From positions 146,582 to 210,581 of the forward strand of contig JBGPGO010000007.1 in NCBI GenBank assembly GCA_041483895.1: a stretch of DNA of 64,000 nucleotides. The letters are read 5' to 3'. Under the pieces are notes generated by a model. That model saw nothing but the letters and a program-made list of their open reading frames with translations, ran no database searches and was not told where the DNA came from. Both the position numbers and the translations under genes were made by a program. Position 1 is the first letter of the stretch. Each line of letters begins with the position of its first letter. This DNA comes from Fimbriimonadia bacterium (GTDB lineage: Bacteria; Armatimonadota; Fimbriimonadia; Fimbriimonadales; JABRVX01). Below are positions 49,526 through 57,796 of this stretch, piece by piece.

Positions 49526-50704
49526 ATGAGCCGCTTCACTTGGCTGGCGATTTTCGCTGTTGCATTGGGCGGCGGCGGATTCTACTATTATCATTCCCGG
49601 CAGTTGACGCCCGATACTGTGGACCGGATAATGGATGCCGCGAGTCGGATGGTGCTTGATGAGCAATACAAGCAGTTGAATGCGAACGAACAACCGGTTC
49701 CGCTAGCATTGAAACGCAAGGTGCTTGCCGATAACGCAAAGGTATTCGAACAGCTGCGCATCGCCCTTCAACATCCATTCCACACCGACTCGCGGAATCG
49801 CACAGCCGACACAAGCAGAGGATTCGCCGTCCGAGAGTTTTCGCGGCTGATCGCGCGCCAGGAGGAGGTGCAGATTGCCGATAGGGATGTCAAAGGGGCC
49901 ATCGATTCGATGGCTTTCGGGTTCGATATCGCGCAGGAAATGGAACGAAGTTCGGAGGGTTCCGCTTTGGCCGGAGTATCGATCGCTGACAGCGTTATCG
50001 AGCCGATTGCCAAGGAATTGGGGAAGCTCCAACGCTCCGAAGCTGCCTATTTGATGACGGCATTGAAGAGGGAGTCGGATCGCCATACCGACTTCAAGTC
50101 AAGAGTCCAAGGCACATTTGAGCAGTATGCACAAGAATCCGAGGACCCGTATAAGGCAATGGAGACCATCATCAAGTATGTGGGCAGCCCAATGAAGGAA
50201 CTCATGGCGCTAGAATTTAAGAACAGGAAGCCTCTCACGAACGAGCAGGTAGCCGAGGGGCGCGAAGAGGGGCGCTATCTGCGGACGATGGCCGCGCCGC
50301 TCATTGTGGAGGCAGGCAAGCCTAGATGGCTTCGGGTGAAACCCAGTCTGCCCGGAACGCCGCCGAAGATACACGGGGCGGAGATATTCCAAGAGGCGCT
50401 CGATACCTCTTGGAAGGTGTTAGACGTATTCGACCGTCGTGTCGCCTGGCTGCGGCTGTTTGCCGTTCAAACGGAGATTCGCCTTTATCAGTTGCAGCAT
50501 CATACGATGCCCTCTGACCTAGCCGCCCTCAATGATTCCAGAGATTGTATTGATCCCTTTACAGGCAAGACGTTCATATATCGGCTACTATCGAAAGGGT
50601 ATCTAGTCTATTCCATTGGAGCTAACGGGAAGGATGACGGCGGACGCGGTGACGATGTGCTCCCAATACCTCACCATACGATTCGCCGAAGCGCAGGTAA
50701 TTGA
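49526..50704 (+). CDS. Hypothetical membrane-anchored protein with a GspG-like C-terminal motif (paralog 2)
   Basis: Shares PVPLALKRKVLADNAKVFE with paralog 1; DPFTGKTFIY..YLVYSIGANGKDDGGRGDD. Confidence 0.7.
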   Translation: MSRFTWLAIFAVALGGGGFYYYHSRQLTPDTVDRIMDAASRMVLDEQYKQLNANEQPVPLALKRKVLADNAKVFEQLRIALQHPFHTDSRNRTADTSRGFAVREFSRLIARQEEVQIADRDVKGAIDSMAFGFDIAQEMERSSEGSALAGVSIADSVIEPIAKELGKLQRSEAAYLMTALKRESDRHTDFKSRVQGTFEQYAQESEDPYKAMETIIKYVGSPMKELMALEFKNRKPLTNEQVAEGREEGRYLRTMAAPLIVEAGKPRWLRVKPSLPGTPPKIHGAEIFQEALDTSWKVLDVFDRRVAWLRLFAVQTEIRLYQLQHHTMPSDLAALNDSRDCIDPFTGKTFIYRLLSKGYLVYSIGANGKDDGGRGDDVLPIPHHTIRRSAGN

Positions 50705-51449
50705 TACAACTGCTCCGATCCGTGAGTCGTTTCTCCATCCACGCGCGCTCCTCTTTGAACGCCTTTTGGTCTTTGGGACTGAGCCTCTTCATGACCTCCA
50801 CCCAAACCTCTTGGGCTCGCTTCTTGCTAATCACTAACGCGTCCACATACATGTCGCAGGCCCACTGAAGTCGAACTTCGCCGTCGCGTTTTTCATGGTC
50901 CAGCTTGTTTCTTGCGGCAACTATATGTGCCTCTAGTCGATCGGGGAAATTCCGCGTGACATCGACATAGCGTCCGTTTTTTAGGCCGAGGATGAGCAAC
51001 GGCATCGGTCCCCAGCCGCTGGGACTACCAAGTGCATATCGGTAGCCGTCATCATAAGTACACATTTCCAACGTGCCATTGCCGTCGAGGTCTTGGTAGA
51101 CGACCTCGTTACGGCCAGAATAGAATGCGATTAGATTCTTGATTCGCTTCCCCATCGAAAATATCAATGTGTCCGCATGGCCATCCGCGCCGGCGTCTAT
51201 GTTGACGACCACCTCCGGAACTCCATCACCGATTACATCCAACTGCCACGGCACGCTCATATATTCTCGCCTTATTCGCGCGGCAAGGCGATTGTGTCGG
51301 TCTCGGATGGTGAGCGTGTGCATCATTTGGTCTTCTCGTTCTGACAGCGTCAATCGATAGCCCTGAATCGTGTTGTGCCAAGTCACTTTGTTGATCGAAG
51401 CCAAGCGGCCAAGGTGCGAGATAATGATTGCGACAAGGATGTTAATCAC
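50622..51449 (-). CDS. Hypothetical exported protein with FG-GAP-like Ca loops
   Basis: DVIGDGVPE and DLDGNGTLE motifs. Confidence 0.5.
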   Translation of the reverse strand: MINILVAIIISHLGRLASINKVTWHNTIQGYRLTLSEREDQMMHTLTIRDRHNRLAARIRREYMSVPWQLDVIGDGVPEVVVNIDAGADGHADTLIFSMGKRIKNLIAFYSGRNEVVYQDLDGNGTLEMCTYDDGYRYALGSPSGWGPMPLLILGLKNGRYVDVTRNFPDRLEAHIVAARNKLDHEKRDGEVRLQWACDMYVDALVISKKRAQEVWVEVMKRLSPKDQKAFKEERAWMEKRLTDRSSCINYLRFGESYGEVLGAHRHRVRRHPSR

Positions 51450-51462
51450 TTCTGTGCTCCAA

Positions 51463-52065
51463 TCAGTGCGTGGTCAGGATCAGTTTGTCGACAACAAACT
51501 TGCCGGACTGCTCCCGCAGCTCGATCCTCCAGCCGACGTTGCTCAGCGCTTTGGCCGCAATCGCCGGACCATGGAAGACATTCAATTCGTAGGACTGTGT
51601 GTCTTTTCCGATATTGATCCAAGAATAGAAAGAATGATTGACAAACTCACAATAGTTCTTCCAAACCGCCCGCAGCATTTTTGATTGCGGCTTCCTCGTT
51701 TCTACGTCAACGAATATCGCCGAATAGAGCTGGATGTCGTCACTTTCGCTACGCTCATCAAGATACCGGTCTGGAACTAGAGATGCTGGAAAGGCGTTCC
51801 TTCGAACCTTGGGCCAGTTGTCGTAGTCGATTGCATAGGTTCGCTGGTACTGAACGATCAACAAGTGGGGACCACAGAACTTCTTGAACTCCGTCCAATT
51901 AGCAGAATTGGCCGCGCTAAGAATCAGTCTACAGGTTGTACGGAAAGCATCACCCTTGGCCTCTGTTTTCCGCGATACCTGACCTTCTGAATCCGAACTT
52001 GTGCTTATCACGGCAACATAGACCGCCATTACCGCAAATACCTTGACTAATTGAACCGTTCTCAT
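51463..52065 (-). CDS. Hypothetical exported protein
   Basis: ATG at 52065 after GGGAGAG; signal-like MRTVQLVKVFAVMAVYVAVI. Confidence 0.5.
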   Translation of the reverse strand: MRTVQLVKVFAVMAVYVAVISTSSDSEGQVSRKTEAKGDAFRTTCRLILSAANSANWTEFKKFCGPHLLIVQYQRTYAIDYDNWPKVRRNAFPASLVPDRYLDERSESDDIQLYSAIFVDVETRKPQSKMLRAVWKNYCEFVNHSFYSWINIGKDTQSYELNVFHGPAIAAKALSNVGWRIELREQSGKFVVDKLILTTH

Positions 52066-52075
52066 TTCTCTCTCC

Positions 52076-53371
52076 CTAGAACGACGTTCCGCTTGTGAAC
52101 GTGAAGTTGTCGGCAACCAGGCCGGGGGCTTCGATATCCATCCAGTTGCCACTGCGTTTGGGGCGGCCGAGCGCCTGGATGTTGGACAGCATGACGATGG
52201 GACTTTCATTAAAACGCATATTCTTAACCCCGCGCGTTACTTCCCCATTCTCGATGAGGAACAGCCCGTCCCGGGTCATGCCGGTTAGCAAAAGCTGCAT
52301 CGGATCGACGTAGCGGATGTACCAAAGCCGAGTGATAAGCAGCCCGCGATCCACTTGGCGGATCAGGTCATCTTCCGTCGCGTCGCCACCGGACATGACG
52401 AAGTTGGTTGGCGAGCCGGTGTGGGGCCGCCCGACTTCTAGAGACCAGTACCGGTTGTAGCAAAGCGTCTTCAACCGGCCCTCTTTCACCCAATCGACGC
52501 GGCGAAGCGACCTGCCCTCGGAAGTGAAGCCGGTCGATCGGCAGGTGGGATGCAGCGGGTCGGAGAACAGGTTCGCTGCCGGTGCGACGAGATTGGTACC
52601 CTCTTTGCCCGAAAAGACGCTGCGGCCCTCGATCGCCGCTTTCGCGTCCAGACCCATCGCCAGGAACACGAGCAGATCGGCGACGGCGGGCGGCTCCATC
52701 ACAACGGTCCAATCACCCGGTTGGACATCGGTGGGGTTCTGCCCCGCAACCGCCTTTTTCGCGGCGCGAGTGGCCAGGGCGCGGGTATCCACATCGTTTA
52801 ACCGGTGGCTGACGCCCTCCGCCCAGCCGGAGCTTGTCTCGGTCATCGCCGTGCAGACGAAACGCACCTTGGTGCCGGCATGGCGATAGAACGCGCCCTT
52901 TGTGTTGGCGAGGACGCTGGTGAAGCGGCGGGTGGAGAGGCTTCCCGCGAGGCTGACCTTTGCGGCATCGGCTGCGGCTATCGCCTCTTTCACTTGCTCC
53001 GCTCGGCAGGCCGGATCGCATTGGACGACTGCCTTGTCCCAGGGTTCCGGCGCTTCCGGCATCGGATGTTGCGGCGGGCAGGGGACGAATTCGGTATCGG
53101 GAGCGGCGACGCGGGCGAGCGCCTCGGCGCGCTGAACCGCCGTCTGCAAGGTTTCGTCATCGAAAGAGTTGACCGACGCCGAGCCGACCCGGTTGCCGAA
53201 CGCGACGCGAATCTCGAACTTCTCATCGGATTTGGCGGTGTTCTGGGTGATTTCGCTGTTCGCGATTCGGGTAGTTGCTTCCGCGGATTCGTAGATGGTC
53301 GCGGTGGCTTCGTCGGCGGTCACGAAGGAGAGGGCGCGGTCGAATATCCGTTTTGCGTCTTCTTGGGTCAC
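52076..53371 (-). CDS. TldD/PmbA family protein (TldE-like)
   Basis: TRIANSEITQN, PGDWTVVMEP.AV, GLLITRLWY, LTGMTRDG.FLIENG and NMRFNESP. Confidence 0.9.
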   Translation of the reverse strand: MTQEDAKRIFDRALSFVTADEATATIYESAEATTRIANSEITQNTAKSDEKFEIRVAFGNRVGSASVNSFDDETLQTAVQRAEALARVAAPDTEFVPCPPQHPMPEAPEPWDKAVVQCDPACRAEQVKEAIAAADAAKVSLAGSLSTRRFTSVLANTKGAFYRHAGTKVRFVCTAMTETSSGWAEGVSHRLNDVDTRALATRAAKKAVAGQNPTDVQPGDWTVVMEPPAVADLLVFLAMGLDAKAAIEGRSVFSGKEGTNLVAPAANLFSDPLHPTCRSTGFTSEGRSLRRVDWVKEGRLKTLCYNRYWSLEVGRPHTGSPTNFVMSGGDATEDDLIRQVDRGLLITRLWYIRYVDPMQLLLTGMTRDGLFLIENGEVTRGVKNMRFNESPIVMLSNIQALGRPKRSGNWMDIEAPGLVADNFTFTSGTSF

Positions 53372-53418
53372 GGCATATTGTACAAGGTATCCACGGGGGC
53401 GGGTCGAATAATGAGGAA

Positions 53419-54099
53419 ATGTCTGACCCCTATGCCCCGCTGCGAGAAAAGATGGTGACCGAACAATTGGTTGCGCGGGGTATCCGGGATGAGCGGCTAT
53501 TGGCCGCGATGCGAAAAATACCGCGCCACCTGTTTGTCCCGGAACATCAGGTCGATAAGGCCTATACGGATAATGCCCTGCCGATTGGATATGGGGTGAC
53601 GATTTCCCAGCCGCTGATGGTGGCGGCGATGACGGAACTGCTCAACGTTGGGCCCGGAATGAAGGCCTTGGAGATTGGGGCGGGGTCTGGATATCAGGCG
53701 GCAATTCTTGCGGAGCTGGGCGCCGAGGTGGTGACGATTGAGAAGATTGAGCCGGTGGCGGAGATGGCGCGTCGCAACCTTTCTGATCTGGGTTATGACG
53801 TGAAAGTCGTTGTCGGCGATGGGTCCCTGGGATGGCCGGAAGATGCGCCGTATGATCGGATTATTTTCACCGCGTCCGCGCCCTCGGTTCCGGAACGCTA
53901 TATCGATCAGCTGGCCGCCTTCGGTCGGATCGTCGGGCCGGTGGGGTCGCGGCAGTCGCAGGAGCTGATCGCGTTGGACAAGAGCAGCACGGGCGAGACC
54001 GTTATGACCTACCATGGCGGTTGTATGTTTATACCGATGGTGGGCAAGGGAGCATGGCCGGAGGGGACCGAGCCGCCATCTTTTCCGGAGGACGAATGA
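53419..54099 (+). CDS. pcm: Protein-L-isoaspartate O-methyltransferase
   Basis: PRHLFV, TISQP, LEIGAGSGYQAA and GDGSLGWPEDAPYD. Confidence 0.95.
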   Translation: MSDPYAPLREKMVTEQLVARGIRDERLLAAMRKIPRHLFVPEHQVDKAYTDNALPIGYGVTISQPLMVAAMTELLNVGPGMKALEIGAGSGYQAAILAELGAEVVTIEKIEPVAEMARRNLSDLGYDVKVVVGDGSLGWPEDAPYDRIIFTASAPSVPERYIDQLAAFGRIVGPVGSRQSQELIALDKSSTGETVMTYHGGCMFIPMVGKGAWPEGTEPPSFPEDE

Positions 54100-55355
54100 A
54101 AACGGTTTCATTGCGGCAAGGGATGACGATTGATCGGGCTCTCTCAGTCAAGTCAGGGACATATACTTTTGGTGGAGATGGGCCGGGGCACTCTCTGTCC
54201 ATTACTGGGTCGGACTATTTGTTGGAGTTCCTGGGCTCGAAGCTGTGCTCCGTTAAGAAGCTGAGCGGCGATATGACGAAAGGCACGGGCGTCTTGATTA
54301 AGGGTGCGCGGGGGGTCAGCATCGCCGGCCTGGATGTGAGTTGGTATCACCGCGGGATTCAACTCGAAGATTGCGAGGATGTGACGCTGATTGACTGCGA
54401 TGCATCGGATAACGGCCAACGAAAGTTTCGAAGCACGGACTCCAAATATGACAAGCGCGATTTTCTGGACATATTTCACTATAAGGTTTGGAGCAAATAT
54501 GGGGCGGGTATCTATCTGAAGAATTGCAAGCGGTGCAGGGTGATCAATTGCGTGGCGAAGTATCAGTTAAATGGGATTATATTGGATGGGTGTGAGGACT
54601 GTTTGATCGAGGGGAATGTTTGTACGGATACCATGGGGTGGGGGATTCGGTTGTGGAGCAGCAGCAACAATCGCATTATCGGAAACGATTGTAGGCGATG
54701 CGTAAGCGGGGAGTCGGCGATTTACAGCCACGGGAACGATAGCGCGGGAATCGTGATGGTCAATGCGTGCCATCATAATCTTATCTCCGGCAACGACTTG
54801 CGTCATTCCGGGGACGGGTTTTTTCTTACTGCGGATTTAGGGACGGAGCAGTCGAATGACAACCTCATCGTCGGAAACGATGGGTCTCATGCGCCGCACA
54901 ATCCGTTTGAGTCCACCTTTTGCCTGCGCAATAAATTCTACAACAACAAGGCTTCGCATTCGCACTACGGATTTTGGATGGGTTTTTCTTGCGATAACGA
55001 GCTGATTGCCAACGAGATTGAATACAACCGTGCGGCGGGCGTGGCGATCGAGCACGGGCGGGGGAATCGGATCATAGGGAATCGATTCCGATTCAATCGC
55101 GAATATGGGATATTGCTATTTCGTCGGCGCAAGGATGGACCTGCGTCGGAACACTATCAGATTATTGGGAACGAATTTGACGAGAACTTCACTGCCGTTG
55201 AAATGCGGCTGACCTCGCATTGCGTCCTATACCACAATTCGCTTCCCGGAAGGGATATCTACACAGCTCAAGGATGGGAGGGTCCGAATGAAGACATTGT
55301 TGTCGATGGAGTAGATGTGGCGTCCCCGGACTATTGGAAAGATTGGCATGAGTAG
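54096..55355 (+). CDS. Right-handed parallel beta-helix repeat protein (NosD/pectin-lyase-like)
   Basis: Repeated GI.L....NN.I.GN units. Confidence 0.8.
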   Translation: MKTVSLRQGMTIDRALSVKSGTYTFGGDGPGHSLSITGSDYLLEFLGSKLCSVKKLSGDMTKGTGVLIKGARGVSIAGLDVSWYHRGIQLEDCEDVTLIDCDASDNGQRKFRSTDSKYDKRDFLDIFHYKVWSKYGAGIYLKNCKRCRVINCVAKYQLNGIILDGCEDCLIEGNVCTDTMGWGIRLWSSSNNRIIGNDCRRCVSGESAIYSHGNDSAGIVMVNACHHNLISGNDLRHSGDGFFLTADLGTEQSNDNLIVGNDGSHAPHNPFESTFCLRNKFYNNKASHSHYGFWMGFSCDNELIANEIEYNRAAGVAIEHGRGNRIIGNRFRFNREYGILLFRRRKDGPASEHYQIIGNEFDENFTAVEMRLTSHCVLYHNSLPGRDIYTAQGWEGPNEDIVVDGVDVASPDYWKDWHE

Positions 55356-55440
55356 GGATGGGCTGAATGACACCGTCGGAAACCCACGTCAAGCGCTCTG
55401 ACGACTTATCCGGCGATAATCGTTGCGGCCCAATCAAAGG

Positions 55441-56346
55441 CTATTGATCGAACAGGCCGAGTGTCTGCTTCTGGCTCTCAAAGTCTATCTCAATGAGCTG
55501 CAGCGGCTGCAAGGCTTCCCGCAAATCTACAACCTTTGCGCCGTGCGATCGCAACTCGGTTTCGGCCCGCGCGCCCTCTATGACAAAAACTTTTCGGCCC
55601 TCTTTCAACGCATCCGTGGCACCTTGCCACGTGCCGCCGGTGCCGGGATCGCACTCGACAATCAGCGTCGCCTCCGCGCAGGCATAAGCCAATCGGTTGC
55701 GAGCCATCGCGTTCCCCACGTCGAATCCCGCCTCTGGATGCACTTCCGACACGAGACAGAGATCGCCTTCGTCCAGCACGATATGAATCCCGGATCGGCG
55801 CGTCGCGCGCAACAGGCTGTCGGAAAGAATCCCCACCACCTTGCCGCCCGCCTCCAACGCGGCCTGCATTGCCGCCGAATCCACTCCGCGGGCGCCGCCG
55901 GAGACCACGCACAGTTCCGCCAATACGCAGGAGCGAGCTACCTCCGCCGCCTGCTCGAGCCGCTCCTCCGACGCATTCCGAGAGCCAACGATCGCAAATC
56001 CTGAGAGACTGAGGAGGCAGATGTCTCCTGCGCCATATAGGAGGGCCGGCGCACGATTCTTCAACCGTGTAAATGCTACGGGAAAGTCGGAATCTCGGAC
56101 GGATCGGACCCATATCCCCGCGTCGCTCCACCGCTCCAACTGTTCGAACACGTCTCGCGCCTGCAAGGCCCGAAATCGCTCCGGATCGATGGGGCACCCA
56201 GCGAGATCGGCGGGCAAATCTTCCTCCGGGCCCAACCACGCGGCTAGTTCCAGGACCTCGCGATTGGACAGCGGCCGGCAGTCGTCCACGAGCCACCGCG
56301 CGGTGAGTTGAACCGCCAATTGCGTGAACGGAGACATTTCAGCCAT
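55441..56346 (-). CDS. DprA/Smf-like DNA-processing protein
   Basis: PALLYGAGD, AIVGSR, VVSGGARGVD, AMARNRLAY and GGTW.GA. The start overlaps the stop of the RecQ-PRTase remnant (ATGGCTGA). Confidence 0.9.
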   Translation of the reverse strand: MAEMSPFTQLAVQLTARWLVDDCRPLSNREVLELAAWLGPEEDLPADLAGCPIDPERFRALQARDVFEQLERWSDAGIWVRSVRDSDFPVAFTRLKNRAPALLYGAGDICLLSLSGFAIVGSRNASEERLEQAAEVARSCVLAELCVVSGGARGVDSAAMQAALEAGGKVVGILSDSLLRATRRSGIHIVLDEGDLCLVSEVHPEAGFDVGNAMARNRLAYACAEATLIVECDPGTGGTWQGATDALKEGRKVFVIEGARAETELRSHGAKVVDLREALQPLQLIEIDFESQKQTLGLFDQ

Positions 56347-56557
56347 CGGCGTGAGCCACCGCCGTCGAAGTAAGCGCAAAGGGGTATACCTCCGGGCAGC
56401 CCGCCTGCCGGAGCATGGCCCCGATCACCGTAAAGGTCCATCCCGAATCCACCATGTCGTCAACCAACAACACCGGCTCCTTTCTCATCGCAGCCAATTC
56501 GAACACACCGTCCAGATTTCTCGCCTGCTGAAAGCTGTTGTGCATTGTTTCGAGCTT
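56339..56557 (-). pseudogene. C-terminal remnant of a RecQ-family helicase with phosphoribosyltransferase domain
   Basis: TMHNSFQQARNLDGVF...PVLLVDDMVDSGWTFTV...LRQAG...VYPFAL, containing the PRPP-binding motif. Confidence 0.8.
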
Positions 56558-56653
56558 GATTTTTTCACGTCCAGAGGTCGCGGGGGTCCAACAAATGGTA
56601 GTCGGCGGGCAACCAACGAGGACACATCATCAGGGCCATTGTCGGGAAATGCT

Positions 56654-57568
56654 CTAGGTACGCGCATCGCTATCCATGCTCTCCGTAATGCCATCTATGA
56701 CGGCCTTCCAGTTTGGTAGACAAGGGTTGCTAGGGGTGATCGATTTAAGGTAGGCGTAGTACCCAGTAAGTTCTAATACTCTGGGAACAAATCGCCGGGG
56801 ATCGTGGTTAGCCTGAAAGAACACAGCGCGAAGCCTGAGCCTCAAATAGCGGGGCAAATTTGCAGACTCGTTTACAACTAGCCCGGTGACAAGCTGACAA
56901 TTCGTCTTATAGTTCACCCGGAATTTGGCCAAATTGATCAGAAACCCTTCGTCTGCGATAATTTCTGAGACGCGCTGGAAAGAACTGCGGCTGAAACCCT
57001 TTTCACCGGAAATTGTTATGTCATCGCAATAGCGCGTGTAGCCATATCCTCGCTTACTGCAATATCCCACAAGCCTCCCGTCAAGTTTCCGGCAAATCAA
57101 GTTTGCAATGTCCGGAGATGTTGGCGCGCCCTGCGGTAGTCTTCCCCTGTATGTGCAAATTCTTGTAAAGGTGGAGGCAATTTCAGCTGAGTATCCTAAT
57201 GACCGGTACAATTCAAAGACCCGATTGCTGCTGATTGTTGGGAAAAAATCCTTGAGGTCGATGTTTGCAACGAAGTCCCTACCTGTATGCTGATCGGCGT
57301 TCTTCAGAACACTGCATCGCGGTCGAAAGGCCGTGGCGGCTGGTGAGATTTGAATCTGGCGGAGCACATATACGAGAATCCACCGCTGGAAGCCTTTAAG
57401 AACCTTGCTTGGAGCAGCAATCTTCCTGTATCCTCTGCCTCCCCGCTTCGGTAGTCGAAAAACTTTGTAGTGACGATCCGCATTTGCACGAAGGTCGTAA
57501 ACTGTACCTGTCGTGATGCCAAGGTACTGAGAGAGTTGTACGACGTCGGCTACTGCAATCTGGGCCAT
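56654..57568 (-). CDS. Retron reverse transcriptase
   Basis: PKRGG.G.RKI.AP, NADQH (retron region X NAxxH), DLKDFF, LPQGAPTSP, YTRYCDD and VTGLVVN (region Y VTG). An alternative GTG start lies at 57577. Confidence 0.95.
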   Translation of the reverse strand: MAQIAVADVVQLSQYLGITTGTVYDLRANADRHYKVFRLPKRGGRGYRKIAAPSKVLKGFQRWILVYVLRQIQISPAATAFRPRCSVLKNADQHTGRDFVANIDLKDFFPTISSNRVFELYRSLGYSAEIASTFTRICTYRGRLPQGAPTSPDIANLICRKLDGRLVGYCSKRGYGYTRYCDDITISGEKGFSRSSFQRVSEIIADEGFLINLAKFRVNYKTNCQLVTGLVVNESANLPRYLRLRLRAVFFQANHDPRRFVPRVLELTGYYAYLKSITPSNPCLPNWKAVIDGITESMDSDART

Positions 57569-57585
57569 TCTTCTCACTAAACCAT

Positions 57586-57750
57586 GGGCGGATGCTTTGT
57601 GACAACTCTTCGCCGGTCCGGATCTGGTGTATTAAATGCAGGAATCTGCAGCCGAATACACCAGTTCCCGGACTGATAATGTTATCATCGTATCCAGAGT
57701 GACGATTGCGTCACCCGTCACTGCCGAGGCAGTTCAAAGACATACCGCCC
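57586..57750 (-). ncRNA. Retron msr-msd non-coding RNA
   Basis: Terminal imperfect inverted repeats at 57586-57599 and 57735-57750, two short msr-like hairpins (57720-57733, 57699-57714) and a long msd-like hairpin (57616-57673), immediately 5' of the RT. Confidence 0.85.
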
Positions 57751-57756
57751 GTCTGC

Positions 57757-57786
57757 AATTTACCCTTCGTCAGAGCTAATGCGCAA
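57757..57786 (-). promoter_or_regulatory. Candidate sigma70-like promoter for the ncRNA-RT transcript
   Basis: TTGCGC, 18-bp spacer, TAAATT on the minus strand. The predicted +1 falls at about 57750, the first base of the terminal repeat. Confidence 0.5.
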
Positions 57787-57796
57787 GTGCGTGGCC

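Noticed and set aside
55423..56004. Plus-strand 193-aa ORF as an extra retron-associated gene
   Set aside because: It is antisense to the dprA-like gene and has no recognisable motif.
56654..57577. RT as a group II intron, DGR or CRISPR-associated RT
   Set aside because: It is short, lacks maturase/endonuclease domains, has no TR/VR pair or cas1, and carries the retron-specific NAxxH and VTG motifs plus an msr-msd-like RNA.
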